45,049 nucleotides of DNA from an uncultured Pelagibacteraceae bacterium (lineage in GTDB: Bacteria > Pseudomonadota > Alphaproteobacteria > Pelagibacterales > Pelagibacteraceae), in contig CACIOV010000001.1 of assembly GCA_902588335.1 (NCBI GenBank), forward strand, positions 1 to 45,049. The letters run 5' to 3'. The translations under genes were made by a program, and so were the position numbers. A model generated the notes under the pieces. It searched no databases. It saw only the letters and a list, made by a program, of their open reading frames with translations, and was not told where the DNA came from. Below are positions 9,781-18,792 of this stretch, in pieces (position 1 is the first letter of the stretch; each line of letters opens with the position of its first letter).

Positions 9781-12184
9781 AATAAAACTTTTTATTATTT
9801 GTTTTTTAAGTTTACTTTTTTGTAATGCGAATCTTGTTGCAGAAGAATTTAATATTACTGCTAAAGAAATTCTAATCGATAAAGAAAATAAAATTCTTAT
9901 TGGAAAAGGATCCGTCCAAGCTGAAGATTCCGAAGGAAAGCTTATAACTGCTGATAAAATTACCTATGAAAAATCAAGAGAATTTTTGCTTGCTGAAGGT
10001 AATGTAAAAATTGCTGATATTGAAGGAAATGTTTTAAATACGGAAAAATCAACATATGACAAAATGAATGAAATAATCTCTTCTTACGGAAATACCAAAC
10101 TAATATTAAAGGAAGGTTATAATCTTGTTTCCGAAAACATTTTATATAATACCAAAAAAAGAATAATAAGCTCAAAAGAAAATTCTGTTATTTCTGATAA
10201 CGATGGAAACGTTATTGAAGCTAGTATGTTTCAGTATCATATTGAAGACAATCTTTTTTCTTCTATAGGTAAAATAAAAATCACTGACGTAAAAAAAAAT
10301 ATATATTTTTTTAAAGAGCTTCATATTGATACCTTAAAAAAAGAAATGATTGGATCTGATGTTAGTGTGATTCTAGATCAAGAAAATTTTGGACTAAGTA
10401 AAGAAAGTGACCCACGTTTTGTAGCAAATGATATTTTTATGACAAAAAATAAATCTAACTTATCTAAAGGTGTTTTTACTATTTGTAAAAAAAGAGATGG
10501 AAAATGTCCCCCATGGTCCTTGAAGGCAAAAAAAATTAGCCATGATAGAATAAAAAAAACTATATATTATGAGAGCGCAACTTTAAAAATTTATGATATA
10601 CCTGTATTTTATTTTCCAATGTTTTTTCATCCAGACCCTACTGTTAAAAGGCAATCGGGTTTTTTGGCTCCTTTTTTTACGAATGCCACTAGTGTAGGAA
10701 CAGGTTTTGCTCTACCCTACTATTGGGTAATCAATAATGATAAAGATCTTACATTCACTCCAAAAATTTATGCTAAAGAAAATGTATTAGTTTTAAATGA
10801 ATATAGACAGGCTTTTAGAAACGGTTTTTTAACTTTAGATACTAGTTATACTCAAGGATATAAAAAAACTTCATCTACTAAAACAAACGGATCTAGAAAT
10901 CATATTTTTGCAAATCTTGATTTTAATTTGGATGAAAACAGATCATACGAAAGCAATCTAAGTTTTAAAGTTCAAAGAACTTCAAATAATACATATTTTA
11001 GAAAACATGATATTAATACATCTCTTGTAAATGCAGAAAATACTAATTTGGAAAATGAAATAAAATATGAATTTTCTAAAGATGATATGTATTTAAATAT
11101 CGCCGCAAATGTTTATCAAAATTTAAGAAATAAAAAAAAGTCCGACCAATATGAATATGTTTTGCCAAACATAGTTTATGGAAAAACTTTTTTTACGGAA
11201 AATTTTGGTATACTTGATTTTAAATCAAATGCTTTATATAAAAAATATGAAACAAACAAAACTACAACTTTTCTAACTAATGATGTTATTTGGAGTCCTT
11301 CTAGCTTTATTACACCAAATGGTTTTGTTAATACGCTGCAAGGAATGATAAGAAATACAAACTATGAAGCTAGAAAAACAAAAGAATACAAAAATGAAGG
11401 CACTGTTAATGAAATAAGTAGTGTCTTATCATATAAAACTTCTCTACCAATGAAGAAAGAAGGTATCAATTATTCTAATCTTTTTTCACCAAATTTTATG
11501 GTTAGATACGCTCCGGGACATATGAGAGATTTAAGTGGAAAAGATGTAACACTAGATTATTCAAATTTATATTCACTTAACAAAACATCTGAAATAGAAG
11601 ACGGATTAAGTGCAATTTTTGGCTTAGATTTTAAAGTCAGTGAAAAAGAAACTGAAAGAGAAAAATTGTCTCTATCCGTAGGGCAAGTTTTTAATTATGA
11701 GAAGAATAAGGATGTACCAAGCAAAAGTTCGCTGGATCAGAGAATGTCTGATGTAGTGGGAACAATTAACTACAACTTTTCAGAAATTGGAAAAATTGGT
11801 TATAAATTTTCAGTTGATCATAATTTAAATGATTTAAATTATAATGAAATTTCAACAGAACTAAATTTTGGCAAAGTGCAATTTAATTTGGATTATTTAG
11901 AAGAACAAAACCACAGAGGAGAGGAACATTATGCAAGCTCAGGAGTTAGTTTGAACTTCAATGACAATAATAAATTAAGTTTTAGCACCAAAAAGAATTT
12001 CAAAACAGACAGTACAGAACTTTACGACCTTAACTATCAATACAGCATTGATTGCTTAACAGCCGGTTTAGTTTATAGAAGAGAATTTTATCAAGACAGT
12101 GATCTTGAACAACAAAATTCTTTGATGTTTACTATAACTTTTGTTCCATTTTCTACCGTAAGCTCACCTTCTTTAAGTCAGTGA
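9764..12184 (+). CDS. lptD: LPS-assembly outer-membrane protein LptD (OstA/Imp)
   Basis: About 806 aa from ATG 9764 (the ORF track starts at GTG 9755). It has a signal peptide, an OstA-like N-terminal domain, and a large C-terminal beta-barrel region containing RQSGFLAPFF. Followed by surA. Confidence 0.9.
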   Translation: MQIKNRIKLFIICFLSLLFCNANLVAEEFNITAKEILIDKENKILIGKGSVQAEDSEGKLITADKITYEKSREFLLAEGNVKIADIEGNVLNTEKSTYDKMNEIISSYGNTKLILKEGYNLVSENILYNTKKRIISSKENSVISDNDGNVIEASMFQYHIEDNLFSSIGKIKITDVKKNIYFFKELHIDTLKKEMIGSDVSVILDQENFGLSKESDPRFVANDIFMTKNKSNLSKGVFTICKKRDGKCPPWSLKAKKISHDRIKKTIYYESATLKIYDIPVFYFPMFFHPDPTVKRQSGFLAPFFTNATSVGTGFALPYYWVINNDKDLTFTPKIYAKENVLVLNEYRQAFRNGFLTLDTSYTQGYKKTSSTKTNGSRNHIFANLDFNLDENRSYESNLSFKVQRTSNNTYFRKHDINTSLVNAENTNLENEIKYEFSKDDMYLNIAANVYQNLRNKKKSDQYEYVLPNIVYGKTFFTENFGILDFKSNALYKKYETNKTTTFLTNDVIWSPSSFITPNGFVNTLQGMIRNTNYEARKTKEYKNEGTVNEISSVLSYKTSLPMKKEGINYSNLFSPNFMVRYAPGHMRDLSGKDVTLDYSNLYSLNKTSEIEDGLSAIFGLDFKVSEKETEREKLSLSVGQVFNYEKNKDVPSKSSLDQRMSDVVGTINYNFSEIGKIGYKFSVDHNLNDLNYNEISTELNFGKVQFNLDYLEEQNHRGEEHYASSGVSLNFNDNNKLSFSTKKNFKTDSTELYDLNYQYSIDCLTAGLVYRREFYQDSDLEQQNSLMFTITFVPFSTVSSPSLSQ

Positions 12185-13116
12185 TTAAAACAAAAAAAAT
12201 ATTTTTTTTAATTTTGATATCTTTAATATGTACGATTAAAGTTAATGCAAAAATTGAAGATTCTCTATTTATCACCGTGGGGGACAGGGCTATAACAAAA
12301 TCAGATATAGTTGATGAGGTTAAAATAATATTAATTTTAAATAATGAAAGTTATTCTGATGATAAAAGAGACAAACTAAACCAAATGGCAATAAAATCAA
12401 CTATACAAAGAAATATTAAACAAATTGAAATTGATAGAATAGGCTTTTTGGAATTTAATAAAAGAGATTTAACAAAAGAATTAACAGCGTTGGCAAATCG
12501 TTTAGATTTTGATTTAGATACATTAAAAAATATTTGTGCATCTAATGATTTAGATTTTACACTTATAGAAAATCAAGTAAAAACAGAACTTCTTTGGAAT
12601 TCTTTAATTTTTCAATTATATAAGGACAGACTATCAATTAATGTGGATGAAATAGAAGAACAATTAAAGTTAATACAAAATAAAAAACAATTAAATGAAT
12701 ATTTAATTTCAGAAATTGTAATTAAGCGTGATGATACAATGGGTCTAAAATCCCAAATAGAAGAATTAAAAAATAAAATTAAAATTGATGGTTTTGAAAA
12801 AATTGCAATGGATTTTAGCATCTCAGAAACAGCATCAAAGGGAGGTGATCTTGGGTGGTTGAATGAAAATATAATTTCTAAAGATTATAGATCTAAAATA
12901 TCCGAAACATCTGTTGGTAACATTTCTGAGCCAATTTCTGTGCCTGAAGGTATTTTAGTTTTTAAAGTAAGGGACAAAAGAAATATAGAAAGAGATTTAG
13001 AAAAAGAAAAAAATCAATTAGTAAATTTTGAAAAAACAAAAATACTAAGAATGCACTCATCTTCACATTATGATAAATTAAAAAGATCAACTTCAATAAA
13101 ATTTATTAATGAATAA
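12181..13116 (+). CDS. surA: Periplasmic chaperone/parvulin-type PPIase SurA
   Basis: 311 aa with a signal peptide and a parvulin block GGDLGWLNEN...PEGILVFKV. The GTG start overlaps the lptD stop (GTGA). The lptD-surA-pdxA-rsmA order is conserved. Confidence 0.8.
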   Translation: MIKTKKIFFLILISLICTIKVNAKIEDSLFITVGDRAITKSDIVDEVKIILILNNESYSDDKRDKLNQMAIKSTIQRNIKQIEIDRIGFLEFNKRDLTKELTALANRLDFDLDTLKNICASNDLDFTLIENQVKTELLWNSLIFQLYKDRLSINVDEIEEQLKLIQNKKQLNEYLISEIVIKRDDTMGLKSQIEELKNKIKIDGFEKIAMDFSISETASKGGDLGWLNENIISKDYRSKISETSVGNISEPISVPEGILVFKVRDKRNIERDLEKEKNQLVNFEKTKILRMHSSSHYDKLKRSTSIKFINE

Positions 13117-14081
13117 ATCATTAGCAATAATTGCTGGGGAACCTAATAGTATCTCTTCTGAAATCATTTTTAAAAGCTGGAAGTTAAGAAAGAAATATAA
13201 ACATAAGCCTTTTTTTATTATTGGAAGCATAAACTTATTAAATTCGCAAAAAAGAAAATTAAAATACAAAATTGAGATAAAAAAAATTGAAGGTAATTTT
13301 AAAATAAACGATTTAAAAGGAAGTAAGTTGCCAGTCTATGATATTAACTATTATCAAAAAAAACCTTATGAAAAAATTTCAAGCAAATCAAACAAATATA
13401 TATTCAAATGTTTTGATGAGGCTTTAAAATTTGTTAAAAATAAAAAAATTGCTGGATTTGTAAATTGTCCAGTTTCTAAGGAATCTTTATTCAAAAACAA
13501 ACATCAAGGAATAACTGAATTTCTCTCAAAAAAATCTGGAAAAAAAGGAAATGAATCGATGCTAATTTATAATAAAAAACTATCAGTTTCTCCCGTAACT
13601 ACTCACATACCACTGAGTCAAGTAAATAAAAAAATTAATCAGCATGATATTGTTAAAAAAGTAAAAATAATAAATAGTTTCTATAAGAAAGTTTTTAGAA
13701 AAAAAACCAAATTTTGCTATACTTGGATTAAATCCACATAATTTTTCGCCTTCAAAAAAAAATAAAGAAAATAAAATTATAACTAAATCTATAAAAAATT
13801 TAATTAAATTAAATATTAAAGTAATGGGACCAATATCAACGGACTCGAGCTTTATGTTTTTTAAAAAAAATAAATTTGATGTATTAATTGGCATGTATCA
13901 CGATCAAGTTCTTACACCTTTTAAGGCTTTATTTAACTTTGATGCAATAAATGTAACATTGGGACTTCCTTATATAAGAACATCTCCAGATCACGGAACT
14001 GCAGAAAATATCATTGGTAAAAAAATTGCAAATCCAAGAAGTTTGATCGAATCTATCAAGTTTTTTAATTATATAAAATAA
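13109..14081 (+). pseudogene. pdxA: 4-hydroxythreonine-4-phosphate dehydrogenase PdxA, reading frame broken (+1) at an A8 run. This is a pseudogene, a slippage-dependent gene or a homopolymer sequencing error
   Basis: ORF 13109-13741 gives the PdxA N-terminal part (IIAGEPNSISSEII...VTTHIPL). The +1 frame, open from 13674, gives NFAILGLNPHN...GMYHDQVL...LGLPYIRTSPDHGTA and runs to 14081. Removing one A from A8 (13699-13706) fuses the two. Confidence 0.6.
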
Positions 14082-14084
14082 TTA

Positions 14085-14891
14085 ATGAAAATCTTACAAA
14101 AAGCTAAAAAAAGTTTAGGTCAAAATTTTTTAACTGACAAAAACATAATAAATAAAATAATAAAAATTGGAAATATAAATAAAAGTAACATTATTGTTGA
14201 GATTGGAGCTGGGTACGGGAGTTTAACAACAGCTATATCTGCTATTGGACCAAAAAAAATATTTGCAATCGAAAAAGACAAAAAATTATCTTCTTTTTTA
14301 AATGATAAATTTGAAAATTATAATAATATAAAAATAATTAATGATGATATATTTAATATTGTTCGAAAAAAGGATTTAGGAAAAAATGTAATTGTTTTTG
14401 GAAATTTGCCATACAACATATCAACTCAAATATTAGCTTCGCTTATCATGCTAAAAAAATGGCCTCCCTGGTACGAGATATTAATTCTGATGTTTCAAAA
14501 AGAAGTTGCTGATAGAATATTAGCCAAACCACACACAAAAGAATATGGCAGATTATCAGTTTTATCAAATTGGAGGTTAGAAATTAAGAAGCATTTCAAT
14601 ATATCAAAAAATTCTTTTTTCCCTAAACCTAAAATAGATTCTACCCTATTGTCGTTTAGACCAAAAAAACACAACTTGTTTAATCTAAAAAATCCTAAAA
14701 GTCTTGAAATCATAACTAGAGTATTGTTTTCAAATAGAAGAAAAATGATAAATAAAAATTTTAAAAAATTATTTAATCAAAATATATCTATATCAGAAAA
14801 TTTAAATCTCGATTTAAGTGCTAGGCCAGAAGAATTAAATTATGATACTTACTATAAAATTGCTGAACAATATGAAAAATTATATGTTTAA
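14085..14891 (+). CDS. rsmA: 16S rRNA (adenine1518/1519-N6) dimethyltransferase
   Basis: 268 aa with KKSLGQNFL, VEIGAGYGSLT and GNLPYNIST motifs. Confidence 0.93.
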   Translation: MKILQKAKKSLGQNFLTDKNIINKIIKIGNINKSNIIVEIGAGYGSLTTAISAIGPKKIFAIEKDKKLSSFLNDKFENYNNIKIINDDIFNIVRKKDLGKNVIVFGNLPYNISTQILASLIMLKKWPPWYEILILMFQKEVADRILAKPHTKEYGRLSVLSNWRLEIKKHFNISKNSFFPKPKIDSTLLSFRPKKHNLFNLKNPKSLEIITRVLFSNRRKMINKNFKKLFNQNISISENLNLDLSARPEELNYDTYYKIAEQYEKLYV

Positions 14892-15512
14892 CTCTTTTAT
14901 CTTCGCGGCAATTTCATTCAAATTTTGCTTTTGATTTATTCCCTTTTTTTCAGATATTATGACATTTAACATCTTCTCATAACACTTGTTTAGGTCATCA
15001 TTAATAAAAACATAATTATATTCATTCCAATGCGATACTTCTTCATTAAATTTGTTCATTCTATTTTCAATCAATTTTTCTTGTCCTTGATGTCGATTTA
15101 ATAATCTCTCTTTTAAAATTTTTATATTTGGAGGCAAAATAAAAAATGTCACTAAAGATAAACCTTTAATTTTCTTTAATTGTTGTGTACCTTGCCAATC
15201 AATATCGAATAGCACATCTCTTCCTTGAGATAATAGTTCTAATACAGGTTTTTTTAAACTACCATAATAATTATTAAAAATATTTGCATACTCAAAAAAA
15301 CTATTTTTTTTTACCAAAAAATTAAATTCTTCTTTACTAACAAAGTAGTAATCTTTTCCGTCAACTTCATTAGGTCTAGGTTTTCTTGTTGTATGTGAAA
15401 TTGAAATTGCGAACTGTGAGTTATTCTCAGCAAGTTTTTTTGTTAAGGTAGTTTTGCCAGCTCCTGATGGCGAAGATAATACAAACATCATGCCTTTATT
15501 TTCTATTGCCAT
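14880..15512 (-). CDS. gmk: Guanylate kinase
   Basis: 210 aa with P-loop SSPSGAGKTT, then SHTTRKPRPNEVDGKDYYF and IDWQG. Confidence 0.95.
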   Translation of the reverse strand: MAIENKGMMFVLSSPSGAGKTTLTKKLAENNSQFAISISHTTRKPRPNEVDGKDYYFVSKEEFNFLVKKNSFFEYANIFNNYYGSLKKPVLELLSQGRDVLFDIDWQGTQQLKKIKGLSLVTFFILPPNIKILKERLLNRHQGQEKLIENRMNKFNEEVSHWNEYNYVFINDDLNKCYEKMLNVIISEKKGINQKQNLNEIAAKIKELNI

Positions 15513-15547
15513 GGGATTATGAATCGGCCTAATGTTTTCTAAATTTT

Positions 15548-15787
15548 TTAAGCTGATTTGTTTTCGATAAATTTAATGGCATCACCAACTGTCAGGATTT
15601 TTTCTGCTTCACTATCAGAAATTTCGGATCCAAATTCTTCTTCGAAAGCCATAACAAGCTCGACTGTGTCCAAGCTGTCAGCACCTAAATCATCAATAAA
15701 ATTTGCTTCATCCGTAACTTTTGATTCCTCAACACCTAAATGATCAATGACCATCTTTTTAACTTTTGCACCAACATCTTTTGTCAT
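15548..15787 (-). CDS. acpP: Acyl carrier protein
   Basis: 79 aa with the phosphopantetheine site [19 protein letters not shown]. Confidence 0.97.
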   Translation of the reverse strand: MTKDVGAKVKKMVIDHLGVEESKVTDEANFIDDLGADSLDTVELVMAFEEEFGSEISDSEAEKILTVGDAIKFIENKSA

Positions 15788-15842
15788 TAGTAAATTCCTT
15801 AATTTGAGTTATGTATTCTTAATAAATTATTAATGAATTTTG

Positions 15843-16577
15843 TCAAGACATATACATGCCACCATTTACGTGGATTGTTTCTCCAGTTACATATGAAGCT
15901 TGGTCTGATGAGAGAAACGCAACACAATTGGATACGTCTTCGCCCGTGCCAAGTTTACCCATAGGTATCCTTGACGTTAAATATAATTTAACTTTATCCG
16001 CAATATTCATTGTCATATCTGAAACTATAAATCCTGGAGAAACACAATTGATGGTTATATTTTTTTTTGCATATTCTATAGCAAAACTTTTTGACATACC
16101 TATAATAGCTGCTTTGGAAGCAGAATAGTTTGATTGTCCTAGATTTCCAGTATGAGCTACAACAGAAGTAATATTTACAACTCTACCAAATTTATTTTTT
16201 AACATTTTTTTTATCGCATGTTTAGAAAGTAAAAAAGTAGATGTTAAATTAATGTCTATTACTTTTTTCCATTCCTCATCTTTCATTCTTAAAGATAAAT
16301 TATCCTTATTTATTCCAGCGTTATTAATTAATATATCTAAACCACCCAACTCTAAAGCAACATTATCAATAAACTCTTCTATTCTTGAATGTTCGGCCAT
16401 ATCAAATTTTTTAACTTTTATATTTGAATATTTTTTTTTTAGTTCATCTAATTTTTCAGCTTTTGTACCACTGCCTAAAACATTGCCTCCAAGTGAAACA
16501 AATTTTTTAACTAAACTATCTCCTATTCCTCCACTCGCCCCTGTAATTAAAATATTTTTATTTTTAAAATTAATCAT
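15843..16577 (-). CDS. fabG: 3-oxoacyl-ACP reductase
   Basis: 244-aa SDR with TGASGGIG, NNAG and YSASKAA motifs, lying between fabD and acpP. Confidence 0.93.
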   Translation of the reverse strand: MINFKNKNILITGASGGIGDSLVKKFVSLGGNVLGSGTKAEKLDELKKKYSNIKVKKFDMAEHSRIEEFIDNVALELGGLDILINNAGINKDNLSLRMKDEEWKKVIDINLTSTFLLSKHAIKKMLKNKFGRVVNITSVVAHTGNLGQSNYSASKAAIIGMSKSFAIEYAKKNITINCVSPGFIVSDMTMNIADKVKLYLTSRIPMGKLGTGEDVSNCVAFLSSDQASYVTGETIHVNGGMYMS

Positions 16578-17491
16578 TTAGTTATATCTTCCATAGAGTT
16601 AATATTTGATATTTTAACATCTTTATTCATTTTTTTTATTAAACCAGAAAGAACTTTACCAGGTCCAATTTCTAAAAAATTTGTAACTCCTTTTTTTATC
16701 ATACAATCTACACTTTCTCTCCATCTAACAGTTGATGTTATTTGATCAATTAATAATGGCTTAATTTTGGTAACATCCGATTCTTCTTTAGCCGTAACAT
16801 TACTAATCACGCTGGGTTTTGGTTTTAAAAAATTTGTATTCATTATTTTATCTTTCATACTTTCTGCAGCCTTTTTCATCAAAGAACAATGGAACGGTGC
16901 ACTTACGGGAAGAAGTATACTTTTTCTCTTTTTTTTTTTTAAATTTTTACTAAGTATTTCAATAGTCTTTTTTTCCCCACTAACAACAACTTGAGTATTA
17001 CTATTGTCATTAGCAATTTCACAAATTTCTTTTTTTGGAAGTAAATTAATTTCTTTTTGAACATCGTCAATATTCATTCCAAGTACAGCTATCATAGCTC
17101 CTTGGTCAGGAGCAACTGCTTCCTGCATAGATTTTCCTCTTTCATGCAATAAGTAAGTAGCCCTTTCTAAAGTCAAAGATCCCGCACATACAAGCGCTGT
17201 ATATTCTCCTAAAGAATGCCCAGCAAAAAATTTTGCATTACTTAAGTTTGTATCATAGTGATTTTTCATAACATTAAATATTGAAACTCCCATAGCCATG
17301 ATTGCGGGTTGCGTATTTTGTGTAAGTTTTAATTTTTCTTCGGGACCATTTAATATAATTTGTGAAAGAGAAAAACCTAATGTGTTGTCAACTGTTTCAA
17401 AAATTTTTTTTACTAAATCAAATTTTTCATAAAAATCTGACCCCATTCCTACATATTGTGAACCCTGACCTGGAAATAAAACAGCACGCAT
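16574..17491 (-). CDS. fabD: Malonyl-CoA:ACP transacylase
   Basis: 305 aa with FPGQGSQ, the GHSLGEY active-site Ser and VSAPFHC. Has an ATGA overlap with fabG. Confidence 0.95.
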   Translation of the reverse strand: MRAVLFPGQGSQYVGMGSDFYEKFDLVKKIFETVDNTLGFSLSQIILNGPEEKLKLTQNTQPAIMAMGVSIFNVMKNHYDTNLSNAKFFAGHSLGEYTALVCAGSLTLERATYLLHERGKSMQEAVAPDQGAMIAVLGMNIDDVQKEINLLPKKEICEIANDNSNTQVVVSGEKKTIEILSKNLKKKKRKSILLPVSAPFHCSLMKKAAESMKDKIMNTNFLKPKPSVISNVTAKEESDVTKIKPLLIDQITSTVRWRESVDCMIKKGVTNFLEIGPGKVLSGLIKKMNKDVKISNINSMEDITK

Positions 17492-17626
17492 AAGATAATA
17501 AAAATATAATATAATTGAAAATTAATAGTTGTATATTGAAAATTTTAATAGTATAAAACCACGACCTCTACCAATAAAATGGTGGATTGTTCGATAGATT
17601 ATCGAATTAACCATGGAATTAAGTGA

Positions 17627-17953
17627 ATGAATTGTTACGAACATACATTTATAGCAAGGCAAGATTTACAAGAGAATCAAGGTCAACAACTTCTCAATAA
17701 ATATAAAGATATAATAGCAAAAAACTCAGGAAAAGTTTTAAAAGTGGAAGAATGGGGATTGAGAAACCTTTCGCACAATATAAAAAGCAATAAAAAAGGT
17801 TTTTATTTCCATATAAAATTTGAGGGTATGGGAGAAACAATTCAAGAATTAGAAAAATTAGGAAATATTGATCAAATGCTAATTAGATTTTTAACAGTAA
17901 GAGTAAAAAAACATGATCTTGAAACAAATTATTTTTCAAAAAAAGAACTATAA
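17627..17953 (+). CDS. rpsF: 30S ribosomal protein S6
   Basis: 108 aa with the N-terminal YEHTFIARQDL pattern. First gene of the conserved rpsF-rpsR-rplI unit. Confidence 0.92.
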   Translation: MNCYEHTFIARQDLQENQGQQLLNKYKDIIAKNSGKVLKVEEWGLRNLSHNIKSNKKGFYFHIKFEGMGETIQELEKLGNIDQMLIRFLTVRVKKHDLETNYFSKKEL

Positions 17954-17956
17954 AAA

Positions 17957-18229
17957 ATGAAAAAAAATAGAAGATTTAATAAAAAACAAAAAAGTTCCAA
18001 TTACTCAAAGTTAAGCTTGTTTCAAAAACCAGATATGAAATTACACAAAGCTTGCCCCTTGTCAGGAAAAAATGCTCCTAAAGTAGACTACAAAAATATT
18101 AAATTGTTAAAAAAATATATTTCTGAAAGTGGAAGAATTTTACCTTCGAGAGTTACTTCTGTTTCTTTAAATAAACAAAAAGAACTTTCTAGATCAATAA
18201 AGAGGGCTAGACTTTTGGCATTAATATAG
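17957..18229 (+). CDS. rpsR: 30S ribosomal protein S18
   Basis: 90 aa with [24 protein letters not shown]...[17 protein letters not shown]. Confidence 0.93.
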   Translation: MKKNRRFNKKQKSSNYSKLSLFQKPDMKLHKACPLSGKNAPKVDYKNIKLLKKYISESGRILPSRVTSVSLNKQKELSRSIKRARLLALI

Positions 18230-18237
18230 AGATTATC

Positions 18238-18696
18238 ATGGAAGTTATTTTACTAGAAAATATTAAAAATCTTGGAAAAATAGGAGATGCCGTAAAAGTT
18301 AAAAGAGGATATGCTCGTAACTTCCTAATAAAATATGGAAAAGCTCTTAAAGCTTCTAAAGAAAATAAAGTCTTAGTAAATAAAAAAAAAATTGAACTTA
18401 ATGAAAAAAATGTTGCCTTAAAAAAAGAGGCTAAAAAAACTTATGACATTATTAATAAAAAAAGTTACAAATTTTCTAAAGAAGCAAAAGACAACAATGA
18501 ATTATATGGATCTATAAAACCCAAAGAGCTTTCAAAGGCTATAGAAAGTGTAGATAAAATAGAAATAAAGCCTTCACAGATTGATTTGAATAAACAAATA
18601 AACAAAATTGGATCTTATGACGCTATAATTAATTTACACTCTGAAATTCAGGCTAAAGTTCATATTGAAGTTGTAAAAAAAGAAGAAGAAAATTAA
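18238..18696 (+). CDS. rplI: 50S ribosomal protein L9
   Basis: 152 aa with MEVILLENIKNLGKIGDAVKVKRGYARNFL. Confidence 0.93.
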   Translation: MEVILLENIKNLGKIGDAVKVKRGYARNFLIKYGKALKASKENKVLVNKKKIELNEKNVALKKEAKKTYDIINKKSYKFSKEAKDNNELYGSIKPKELSKAIESVDKIEIKPSQIDLNKQINKIGSYDAIINLHSEIQAKVHIEVVKKEEEN

Positions 18697-18792
18697 TTTT
18701 GCTCATTGTTTTTTCCACAGAAAGATTATTCAGTGTATAACTTTCAAGTTTTTTTTTTTACCTTTTTAGTATTAAATGGCTAGCAAATAGCC

